Notes: a model not told the origin generated them from the letters alone. Shown: positions 17,210 to 25,650, numbered from the stretch's first letter. The stretch is 25,972 nucleotides of DNA from Tolypothrix carrinoi HA7290-LM1 (GCA_019358935.1 JAHHIK010000118.1:1-25972); one strand, 5' to 3'. Made by a program: numbers and translations.

Positions 17210-17809
17210 ATGTCTAATGAAGTGCATAAATCTGAAGCCATCAGTAGTTCAGCCGCGATAGAAGCGCAGCTACAACAATTCAATCAGCTTTTATCAAGCC
17301 TCTCCGAGCGAGTTGCTCGGTCAGAGTAGAATCTTATACTGGTTGCAAATGTCTACAAATACAAAAAGCTGCGAGATTTGTTAGCGGCAGAGAACCTGCC
17401 AGAAGCGGATTGGGAAACCATTCAGGTAATCCTAGCGCTCACAGGACAGCCTGATGTGGAATCCATCACCCCTGATGACATGAGGCGGTTTCCCTGTGAT
17501 CAACTTCGCGTGATTGACAGCCTCTGGACAACCTATAGCAAGGGTCGCTTTGGCTTCAGTGTGCAGATTCAGATTTATCAAAGTGTGGGTGGTTCTCTCG
17601 GTACCACCATCTCTCAAGATAATTCAGTTATTGAACAATTCGGCGATCGCGTCGGCTGGCGCGTGGACGGCAAATGGCAAAAGTGTGATGACCTAGACTA
17701 CACCCAAGCTGCGCCAACAGGCTGTCATCCTTCGCGGTGGTGGAATTCCCCCTTTGGTTCTAAAATGACGAACTATTTCTTCAATCGGCTGCTCACGTGT
17801 GGTCTTTAG
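17210..17809 (+). pseudogene. GUN4-domain protein with one in-frame amber stop
   Basis: GAGGA RBS and ATG at 17210, in frame with ORF 17378; TAG at 17327-17329; GUN4 motifs Y.KLRDLLAA, EAD.ET, FPCDQLRVIDSLW..YSKGRFGFSVQ, FGDRVGWR. Confidence 0.8.
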
Positions 17810-17954
17810 GTCGGCTGTTCTGATCTTGCAATCGGGGTAACTCTAACTATCGGCAAATCGTACTTTGAACACCTTTATCAGCGCAGCACAAATTTTAGCA
17901 ACAGAGCCATCTTTGGTTCAAAAATCGTAATCCTAAGCTGAAAAAACGCCTGCT

Positions 17955-18392
17955 ATGAAGAAATCTATCTTGATGCCGAAGATTAAATTCTACTTACTCA
18001 CTATTGAAAAGTGGTATTTAGATACACCAGAGCGATCGCTGGATGAAGCGTACAAAGCGGCCTTGCTGATTAAGGCGATGGAAGAAAAACATTTCAGTGG
18101 TCAGAAAATAGCGGCTGAATCCGCCAGTTACGGAGACAGCGTTATAGCTTATTTTCAGTCAGAACTTAAAAAATACTTAAAAACTATCCGGATGAGACTG
18201 GTAGAATTTCAGGCGAGTTGTTCAGTGGTTAGTACTTATAATCAAATAATTACCACAATAGTAAAACATGCTCCCACAAATTCTCCCAAAGATTCCTTGG
18301 CTATCCAACTAAGAAATAATCCCGACTTGATTTTAGATAAATTAAGGTTCATTGATTCGTCTGTCGCCACCTACCGCAATATGAATGAATAG
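17955..18392 (+). CDS. Stand-alone N-terminal domain of proton extrusion protein PcxA (CotA/CemA), lacking the transmembrane CemA domain
   Basis: WYLDTPERSLDEAYKAALLIKAMEEKHFSGQKI, YFQSELKKYLKTIRMRL.EF and LDKLRFID match my recollection of the PcxA N-terminus; the ORF stops at 145 aa with no TM helices. Confidence 0.75.
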   Translation: MKKSILMPKIKFYLLTIEKWYLDTPERSLDEAYKAALLIKAMEEKHFSGQKIAAESASYGDSVIAYFQSELKKYLKTIRMRLVEFQASCSVVSTYNQIITTIVKHAPTNSPKDSLAIQLRNNPDLILDKLRFIDSSVATYRNMNE

Positions 18393-18482
18393 TTTTGAGT
18401 TTTGAATACTAAATGGTATTGCCCACTGATGTAGCCTACAAATAAAGTAAGTGTATTTTTCTGTCTTGGGAGGAATTGATAA

Positions 18483-19154
18483 ATGTCAATGAAAGGAATA
18501 ATTAGAGGTCTAAGTGAGTTTCATAAAAACTATTTCTGCTCACATCAGGAGTTGTTCGAGCGACTCTCTCACAGCCAACACCCTGAAGTGCTCTTCATCA
18601 CCTGTTCCGACTCCCGGATTGACCCGAATCTGCTAACTCAAACCCAGCCGGGTGAACTATTCATCATTCGTAATGTTGGTAATATCATTCCAACCTATGG
18701 AGCAATCAATAGTGGTGAAGGTGCAGCCATCGAATATGCTGTTCATACTTTGGGGGTCAAGGATATTATTATCTGTGGCCATTCCCACTGCGGAGCCATA
18801 AAGGGACTGTTGCAGTTGGGTAATCTTGCTGAAGAAATGCCTTTGGTTTACGAATGGTTAAAGCATCATGCGGAGGGTACCCGCCGCCTTGTTCAGGAGA
18901 ACTACAAGGAGTACTCTGGTAAGGAACTTTTAAACGTCACAATTGAGGAAAACATCCTGACCCAGATACAAAACCTGGAGACCTACCCAATCATTCGCTC
19001 CAAACTTCACAGTGGCCAACTCTACCTTCACGCCTGGGTTTATGAGATTGAGACTGGAAAAGTTTTCGCTTACAACGCTAGCCTTGGCAAATTTGTACCT
19101 CTTGAGGATCTGTTTCCTGTACCTAATCCTCTAGCTGCCATGCAGCCTAGATAA
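18483..19154 (+). CDS. Beta-class carbonic anhydrase (CcaA/IcfA-like, short form)
   Basis: Zn-ligand motifs ITCSDSR and GHSHCG, GELFIIRNVGNIIP, AAIEYAV; RBS GGAGG. Confidence 0.95.
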   Translation: MSMKGIIRGLSEFHKNYFCSHQELFERLSHSQHPEVLFITCSDSRIDPNLLTQTQPGELFIIRNVGNIIPTYGAINSGEGAAIEYAVHTLGVKDIIICGHSHCGAIKGLLQLGNLAEEMPLVYEWLKHHAEGTRRLVQENYKEYSGKELLNVTIEENILTQIQNLETYPIIRSKLHSGQLYLHAWVYEIETGKVFAYNASLGKFVPLEDLFPVPNPLAAMQPR

Positions 19155-19177
19155 TGGAACTATTGGAATTTTAATAG

Positions 19178-20224
19178 ATGAGCCGCTCAAATCCTACTAA
19201 TACACTGCAACGGTGCAAACAGTTTCTCAGCAAGACAAAGAATTCGTTTAAAGGAAAGTATCATCTTTACACTGGTGAACAACTGCATTGGTTTCAAGTA
19301 GTTTTACGACTTGAAAGTTCAGTTCTTTCAGTCATTCTTCCCTGCGTAATCGTTTGTGGTGTATATGGTTTTTTAGTATCCTTACTCCACTATTTTGGGG
19401 TTACTATAGCATTTCCAGAGGGGAATCGTGTTCTTACTAATGCCGTATTGAGTTTCAATGTTGGCTTGAGTTTGTTATTAGTTTTCCGGACGAATACAGC
19501 TCATGATCGATTTTGGGAAGGTCGTAAACTATGGGGAGCTTTAGTCAATACGGTTCGTAACTTGGCTCACTCCATTTACATAGTAGTTAAAGAGCAGTCA
19601 CCGAAAGATCGAGTAGAAAAAGAGGCAATACTTCGGCTAGTAGTTGCTTTTACGGTCGCGATTAAGTTACATCTAAGGTCAGAGCCTTTGGACGGGCAGT
19701 TAGCGTCATTGATGTCAGAATTCCAGTATTGCAAACTCAAAGAAACGAATCATCCCCCACTACAAATTGCCTTTTGGATTAGGGATTACTTGCAGTATCA
19801 GCATGACCAAAATTGTCTAAATATCTATCAGTTGACTGCCTTACATAAATTGCTGGATGATATGATAGATATTTTGGGTGGCTGTGAACGCATTTTGAAA
19901 ACGCCACTGCCCTTGATATATGCTATTAAACTCAGGCAACTGGTGGTAATTTATTGTCTGATATTGCCTCTTGAAATAGTCAGGAATTTAACTTGGTGGA
20001 CCGGCTTAGTAATAGCTTTTGTGAGTTTCACATTATTGAGTATTGAACAAATTGGTTCTGAAATCGAAGAGCCTTTCGGGCACGATCCAAATGACCTACC
20101 CTTGAATGCGATTTGCAACACAATGCTACGCAATGTTGAGGAATTAATCAGGCTTGCTCCTAACAACGCTCGTGACTGGCAGCTCTCAGACCTACACGTT
20201 AGAAACAACCTCGAGAAAAAATGA
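19178..20224 (+). CDS. Bacterial bestrophin-family anion channel
   Basis: LLLVFRTNTAHDRFWEGRKLWG, CERILKTPLP, EIEEPFGHDPNDLP; starts 23 bp after the CA stop. Confidence 0.93.
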   Translation: MSRSNPTNTLQRCKQFLSKTKNSFKGKYHLYTGEQLHWFQVVLRLESSVLSVILPCVIVCGVYGFLVSLLHYFGVTIAFPEGNRVLTNAVLSFNVGLSLLLVFRTNTAHDRFWEGRKLWGALVNTVRNLAHSIYIVVKEQSPKDRVEKEAILRLVVAFTVAIKLHLRSEPLDGQLASLMSEFQYCKLKETNHPPLQIAFWIRDYLQYQHDQNCLNIYQLTALHKLLDDMIDILGGCERILKTPLPLIYAIKLRQLVVIYCLILPLEIVRNLTWWTGLVIAFVSFTLLSIEQIGSEIEEPFGHDPNDLPLNAICNTMLRNVEELIRLAPNNARDWQLSDLHVRNNLEKK

Positions 20225-20269
20225 CTTGGGCGAACTGACTCTGTCCACACCCCTTTACGCCGCTTCTGG

Positions 20270-20673
20270 CAGAGAGTTTAGGCATTATTTAGGGGGATTA
20301 TTGGGAGAAAGTGAGAGAAAAAATCTATTTCAGATGGCTTCTAATGCCGTAGGGGTGACTTACCATCGTTTACACAACTTTTTAACCGAAGCACCTTGGT
20401 CTAACTCGAAGATCAATGAACGTCGCTTGCAGATAATGAACAAATGTAGTCAGACCTGAATTAGTAGAGGATTTAGTCTAATAATTGATGATTCAGGGCA
20501 AGTGAAAAAGTGGAAATTTTACTACTGGAGTAGGAAGTTACTGATGCTTTAGAAGCCTTTAGAACAGCGATATCTTTTCGATTTTTTGATTGGTTAACCA
20601 TGAGTCGTGACGTGTTTGCCGCTTATAAAGCTACTTTGGGCTTCATTTGGGCTTAATTTTTGTCTAAGTCCCG
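20270..20673 (+). mobile_element. Internally deleted IS701-family remnant
   Basis: REFRHYLGGLLGESERKN...KCSQT*ISRGFSLIIDDSG fused almost directly to the C-terminus DALEAFRTAISFRFFDWL...GFIWA* (stop at 20656); right end TTTTTGTCTAAGTCCCG. Confidence 0.85.
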
Positions 20674-20742
20674 ATAAGGCAAAAGGAAAAATGCGATCCC
20701 CCCTTATTGATCAACCTTTGTCACCCCGCACTCAGGTAGTAT

Positions 20743-22158
20743 ATGCAGCCCGAACCGAAAGTAAACGTCCTCCTAGTTGACGACTATCCGGAAAATCTTC
20801 TGGCCTTAGAGGGGATACTGGACTGCCTGGGTCAGAATCTACTGAAGGCTCAATCGGGTGTGGAAGCCTTGAGATGTCTTCTTAATCAGGATTTTGCGTT
20901 GATTCTGCTCGACATCCAGATGCCAGGGATGGATGGTTTTGAGACGGCAAAGTTGATTCGAGAAAGAAAGCGATCGCGTTACACCCCGATCATTTTCCTG
21001 ACAGCGTTCAGCATAAGCGACAATCTGGTGTTCAAAGGTTATTCCCTTGGTGCAGTAGACTACCTGATCAAGCCGATTTCGCCAGAAATATTGAAATCGA
21101 AGGTCACGGTGTTTGTCGAGTTGTTCAAAAAGACAGAGGAAGTGAAACGACAAGCAGCACAACTTCAAATGCAAGAGCTAAAGATGTTATCTCAACAACA
21201 CGAAAAGCTTATTGCCTTAGGTAAGCTAGCCTCTGGACTTGCCCATGAACTGAATAATCCAGCATCAGCAACACGTCGGGCTGCGGGACATTTGTGCTAT
21301 AAAATACAGGTTTTCCAGGCTCTCTCGCTTAGATGTATTGAGCAACACCTCACGCCGATTCAACTAGAGCGCATTTTGGAGCTAAAGCGTGATGCCATTG
21401 AACACGTCAAGCATTTGGATTCCTTGGCTCAGATTGATTTGGAAGATGAACTAACGGACTGGCTGGAGTCACATGGCGTTGCCGATGGGTGGAGACTTGC
21501 TCCTACTCTGGTTGCGGGCGGAATTGACACTCTAGCTTTAAAAGCGATTAGCGAGCAGGTGGCGACCGATGCACTCAACGATGTGCTGACTTGGCTAGAG
21601 GCAACGCTGACTGTAGCAAGTGTGCTGGATGTACTCGAGCAAGGCACTGATCGCATCTTTGAAATAGTCAAGGCTGTTAAAGCATACTCTTACATGGATC
21701 GGGCTCCCCTACAGAATGTAGATTTGCATGAAGATCTCGACAACACGCTCACTATTTTGGGCTACAAGCTAAAATCGCGCAATGTCGTGGTGATACGCGA
21801 GTACGACGAACAGAAGCAGTTATCCATTCAGGCCTACGGGAGTGCATTAAATCAGGTGTGGACGAATTTGATTGATAACGCTATCGACGCGGTGGGCGAG
21901 GGAGGTACGATTTGGGTGCGTACATCAAGTGAGAAAGATTATGTCATAGTGGAAATTACGGATAACGGGTCAGGCATTCCCCTTGAGATTCAGTCGCGAA
22001 TCTTTGAGCCGTTTTTTACCACGAAGGAGGTCGGTGCCGGGACGGGGTTAGGTCTGGAAATCGCCTATCGGATTGTAGTGGGTCAGCATAACGGAGACAT
22101 TCGCTGCTTTTCAAAGCCAGGCGACACGCGCTTTCAGGTTCGTCTACCATGTGCCTAA
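20743..22158 (+). CDS. Hybrid histidine kinase (N-terminal receiver, HisKA, HATPase), no sensor domain
   Basis: LLVDD, LLDIQMPGMDG, LIKP; H-box LAHELNNP; N, G1, F and G2 boxes NLIDNAIDA, DNGSGIP, FEPFFTTK, GTGLGL. Confidence 0.92.
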   Translation: MQPEPKVNVLLVDDYPENLLALEGILDCLGQNLLKAQSGVEALRCLLNQDFALILLDIQMPGMDGFETAKLIRERKRSRYTPIIFLTAFSISDNLVFKGYSLGAVDYLIKPISPEILKSKVTVFVELFKKTEEVKRQAAQLQMQELKMLSQQHEKLIALGKLASGLAHELNNPASATRRAAGHLCYKIQVFQALSLRCIEQHLTPIQLERILELKRDAIEHVKHLDSLAQIDLEDELTDWLESHGVADGWRLAPTLVAGGIDTLALKAISEQVATDALNDVLTWLEATLTVASVLDVLEQGTDRIFEIVKAVKAYSYMDRAPLQNVDLHEDLDNTLTILGYKLKSRNVVVIREYDEQKQLSIQAYGSALNQVWTNLIDNAIDAVGEGGTIWVRTSSEKDYVIVEITDNGSGIPLEIQSRIFEPFFTTKEVGAGTGLGLEIAYRIVVGQHNGDIRCFSKPGDTRFQVRLPCA

Positions 22159-22210
22159 TCCAATCAGGATAACGGCGCAATATGGGTTGTATAAGTCCAA
22201 AATCGCTGCC

Positions 22211-22233
22211 GAAGCCTGCAACATGCAGGCTTC
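22211..22233. terminator. Perfect 10-bp hairpin after the kinase gene
   Basis: GAAGCCTGCA-ACA-TGCAGGCTTC; no 3' U tract on the + strand. Confidence 0.4.
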
Positions 22234-22261
22234 AAAACCGAACTTTTAGAACGATTAGCAC

Positions 22262-22323
22262 AAAAAATGCAACTTTTTACCGAAAGATTGACCCTTGCAG
22301 CCATATTTTGTAGCTTTTAAACT
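22262..22323 (+). promoter_or_regulatory. Conserved promoter module, copy 6 (upstream of LtrA-family gene)
   Basis: AAAAAATGCAACTTTTTACCGAAAGATTGACCC, then TTGCAG (22295-22300), N17, TAAACT (22318-22323). Confidence 0.7.
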
Positions 22324-22360
22324 GAACAAATAGGAAGGAGGAAAAACAAGGGAATTTGCA

Positions 22361-22505
22361 TTGACACTCCCTCGATTTCCAGTCGGAGGATTCTTGGGCT
22401 GAAGTTGCCTTACCTATGCCGTTTTTCATCCGATGAAGGACGTTTGAACTACGTCGGACTTGTCTGGTTCAAACTTGTGGGCTTTCAGACGAACCGCAAA
22501 TCTTT
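22361..22505 (-). mobile_element. Possible IS200/IS605 (tnpB) right-end remnant
   Basis: Minus strand ends CAAGAATCCTCCGACTGGAAATCGAGGGAGTGTCAA, resembling the GAATCC-hairpin-GGAG...GTCAA right ends of cyanobacterial IS605 elements; no tnpA or tnpB present. Confidence 0.45.
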
Positions 22506-22511
22506 ATAAGG

Positions 22512-23717
22512 TTGGTAATGATGAAAGGCTTATGGCAACCACCAGGGCTACGCATTGGTGAAAGCAGCGAAGAGGAAAGGCATGCAACGTGGTTGGAACT
22601 CTTTTATGATCTGATTTTTGTGGCGGCGATCGCCCAGTTAGCTCAAAAGCTCTATGAAGATATCTCGTTGCCCAGCTTCTTTAGCGTTGTGGTACTCTTT
22701 CTTCCAATCTGGTTGTCATGGTTTGGTACCACACTTTATGCGACTAGGTTTGATACAGATGACTTAGGGCATCGGCTATTAACTGCGCTTGGGATGCTAG
22801 CGATCGCAGCAATGGCAGTTAACATACGCCACGGGTTAAATGAGACTTCGGCTGGCTTTGCCTTCTCTTACGCAATCTCTCGGATTGTACTCGTCATTGA
22901 ATACCTGCGTGTTCGACAGCATATAGTCTCTACGCGTTCACTGACAAGTCTATATGCACTGGGCTTTGGAATTGCTGCTACCATTTGGCTAGTTTCCTCC
23001 TTTGTACCATCGCCGCTGCGCTTCGTACTCTGGTTCTTTGGACTGTCGATTGACTTCGCAACCCCATTGTCAGTCGGAAAACTAGATGCGGAATTTGCTC
23101 CTCACGCTTCACATCTACCAGAACGCTTTGGATTGTTCATTCTAATCGTATTAGGTGAGTCAATAGGCGCTGTAGTCAATGGGATTGTTGGGCACCAATG
23201 GACTACCTCATCTGCGATCGCTGCTGTGTTTGGTATCAGCATTGCTTTTAGCTTGTGGTGGATCTACTTTGAAAACCTCGGTGGTTCAGCAATCCAGGTA
23301 GCCCGTAAGTGCCGTCGTCTTAGAGCCTACCAGATATGGCTCTATGCCCATTTACCACTAGCCATTGGTATAACAGCTACGGGAGCAGGTGTGAGACATG
23401 TCGTCTCCAGTACTCCGGATATAGCCCTGTCATCTCCAGCACGCTGGTTAATTTGTTGTGGTACAGCCCTGTGCATGGTATGCCTCGGGGTTATATATTT
23501 GACGGGTCTAGCTTCTAGATCCTGCAAAGTTCAGGCAGCAAATCGTATGGGGGCTGCAGCAGTTATTCTAGCCGTTGCTTTGATCGGCAAATGGTTATCA
23601 CCCGCTTGGCTCATTGGGCTTTTAGCTACAGTCTGTGGCTATCAAGTCACCTTTGATCTAAAGTCACTTGCAAACCGCAAAGATATTGATTCAAATGCTT
23701 CAGAGACTCGCTTATAA
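22512..23717 (+). CDS. ltrA: Low temperature requirement protein A (LtrA)-family membrane protein (start may be 22518 or 22521)
   Basis: EERHATWLELFYDLIFV, YATRFDTDD, HLPERFGLFILIVLGE, WWIYF, YAHLPL; multiple TM segments. Confidence 0.88.
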   Translation: MVMMKGLWQPPGLRIGESSEEERHATWLELFYDLIFVAAIAQLAQKLYEDISLPSFFSVVVLFLPIWLSWFGTTLYATRFDTDDLGHRLLTALGMLAIAAMAVNIRHGLNETSAGFAFSYAISRIVLVIEYLRVRQHIVSTRSLTSLYALGFGIAATIWLVSSFVPSPLRFVLWFFGLSIDFATPLSVGKLDAEFAPHASHLPERFGLFILIVLGESIGAVVNGIVGHQWTTSSAIAAVFGISIAFSLWWIYFENLGGSAIQVARKCRRLRAYQIWLYAHLPLAIGITATGAGVRHVVSSTPDIALSSPARWLICCGTALCMVCLGVIYLTGLASRSCKVQAANRMGAAAVILAVALIGKWLSPAWLIGLLATVCGYQVTFDLKSLANRKDIDSNASETRL

Positions 23718-23798
23718 AACTTACACGAACAACTCATCCAAAGTTTGCACATATGCATCACCAAATTCCAAAAGAACCAGACTTCGCTCCTTTTAATT

Positions 23799-23904
23799 CA
23801 ATACCGTTCAGTTAAGCCCGATCGGACGAGCGTAGAGACTTCGTCCGATCGCGTCTCTACAGGTCTAAAATCAGTACCAAAAATCCTTAACACCAAGCGT
23901 ATTG
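23799..23904. repeat. MITE-like element with internal REP-like hairpins
   Basis: Imperfect ends CAATACCGTTCAGTTAAG and CTTAACACCAAGCGTATTG; internal stems 23819-23851 and GTAGAGAC/GTCTCTAC. Confidence 0.55.
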
Positions 23905-23991
23905 CCTTCTAATTGGTTTGGCTGAAAAGCTGTCAAGCCTAAACGTTTACATATTTAGAGAGGGAGTAGAAAGAAAAGGTAAAAATTACTC

Positions 23992-24195
23992 ATGAAAAAT
24001 TGTCCTTGTTGCTCTAATCGACTGCTGCAACACGTTCGGAGTAATCAGGTGTACTGGTTCTGCCGAAACTGTTGGCAGGAAATGCCTTTGCTAAACTTAA
24101 AAAATTCAAAATACGCGCCCATAAGTAGCAGCAATTTAGCAATCTCTGAGAAATTGTTCGTCCAGAATGGACAGTGGAAACAGAAACAAATATGA
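23992..24195 (+). CDS. Small cyanobacterial Zn-ribbon-like hypothetical protein
   Basis: CPCCS..LL.HVR....YWFCRNCWQEMP, two CxxC pairs; purine-rich leader. Confidence 0.7.
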   Translation: MKNCPCCSNRLLQHVRSNQVYWFCRNCWQEMPLLNLKNSKYAPISSSNLAISEKLFVQNGQWKQKQI

Positions 24196-24219
24196 AAATT
24201 CAACTTGAGCGCACATTAA

Positions 24220-24339
24220 TAAGCTGTCGCGCATTTAACTTGCATGTTTTCAACTTTTGGTAAAAACAGTCAACCCCTCTCCCCTGTACAAAGTGCTCCT
24301 CTGCTGTTTTAATGTGCAAACTACAAGCCCAACAGCTTA
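24220..24339. repeat. ~120-bp MITE-like short inverted-repeat element, copy B
   Basis: Ends TAAGCTGTCGCGCATTTAACTTGCA and TGCAAACTACAAGCCCAACAGCTTA; same ends and length as 9430-9548. Confidence 0.6.
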
Positions 24340-24510
24340 TCTTGTCCTGACTATCTGCGGTGTGCACATATAGTTGCTACCAAAGACAGAATTTGTTTTA
24401 TTATTATTTATTACTTTAGATAGATAAACTTTACATTACATTAAGCAAATTTTTTAATAGGGACACAACATCCCTTAACACTATAAATAATTAAATAAAT
24501 ATATAATATT

Positions 24511-25650
24511 TAGGACTTACGCATTGACAGAGTGATAAAATAGTGAAGTTGAAATAGGTGTCGTCTACTTGTAGGTATTGGGCAATTGAGAGAAATCAGC
24601 AAACCCTCGACAGCACAATGCAATCTGGAACATTATACTCTGTTTCTGTTATCAGAACCAAAGCATGGGGGGTGTAGTAGACTGGCAGAAATATTGGGAG
24701 ATATTTCACACGATAGTGTGAACCGCTTTTTACTGAGGGAGCGATATGAACCAAAAGATTTATTTAATATTGTAAAGACAGTTATCAATTTAATAGGAGG
24801 GATTTTAAGTATTGACGATACAGTAATAGAAAAGCTTTATAGTAACCCTCAATATGCAGAATTAATCGGCTATTTTTGGTCTGGAAAATATCATAAAAGT
24901 ATCAAAGGTTTGAATTTAATCACCTTGTATTACAGCGATGTTCATGGGAACTCAGTCCCAATAAATTATAGAATATATGACAAAAAAGAGGGGAAAACGA
25001 AGAACGATTATTTCCAAGAAATGTTACTTTAAGTGCTAGATTGGGGTTTAAAACCAAGGATAGTGACAGGAGATAGTTGGTACTCAGGGTTAGAAAACTT
25101 GAAATTTTTAAGAAACCAGAAATTGGGTTTTCTATTCGGCGTTGAAAAAAATAGAACTGTCTCAAATGAACCGGGTAAGTATTGTCAGGTAAGCACCATA
25201 GAGATTTGTGATGAAGGATTGATAACTCATCTGAGGGAATTTGGATTTGTTAAATTGTTTAGGAAAGACTTCAAAAAAGAAGACTCTAGGCATTATATAT
25301 TGTATCTACCAGATGAAGAAACTTTCCAAAAAATAAGCAGAAGTGAATTTGTGACAATTCATGATACTCATTGGGGAATTGAAAGTTTTCATAGAGCGAT
25401 AAAACAAGTATGTGGGATTTGTCGATTCATGGTTAGGGATAGCCATGCAATTAAAACACACATATTTTGTTCACTTCAAGCATTTGTTCGTTTAGAGAAA
25501 ATGCGGTCTGAAAACATCATTTCTAATTGGTATGAGTTGCAAAGGAATTTGTTCACTTTAGTTGTGCGTGAATACATTGTGGACAATCTCACCAATACTC
25601 GTGCTGCTTAGTGTACATGGATGAGATTTTTTGTCAATGCGTAAGTTCTA
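24511..25650 (+). mobile_element. Full-length IS701-family element
   Basis: TIRs TAGGACTTACGCATTGACA (24511-24529) and 25632-25650 match at 18/19; ATATT direct repeat flanks both ends (24506-24510 and 25651-25655). Confidence 0.92.
24586..25611 (+). pseudogene. IS701-family DDE transposase with one in-frame TAA
   Basis: ISHDSVNRFL, SIDDTVIEK, VTGDSWYS, HWGIESFHRAIKQ; ORFs 24586..25032 and 25033..25611 share a frame, split by TAA at 25030-25032. Confidence 0.9.

Noticed and set aside
16963..17283. 106-aa minus-strand ORF
   Set aside because: It spans a promoter module, a solo TIR and the GUN4 5' end, and has no protein-family features.
17327..17329. Programmed amber readthrough or recoding in the GUN4 gene
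   Set aside because: Other pseudogenes here carry TAA, TGA and frameshifts, and no recoding machinery is visible; simple decay is more parsimonious.
20687..20742. Possible seventh copy of the promoter module before the kinase (AAAAATGC...GATCAACCTTTGTCA)
   Set aside because: Central block does not match, spacing is off, and no -10 lies at the expected distance.
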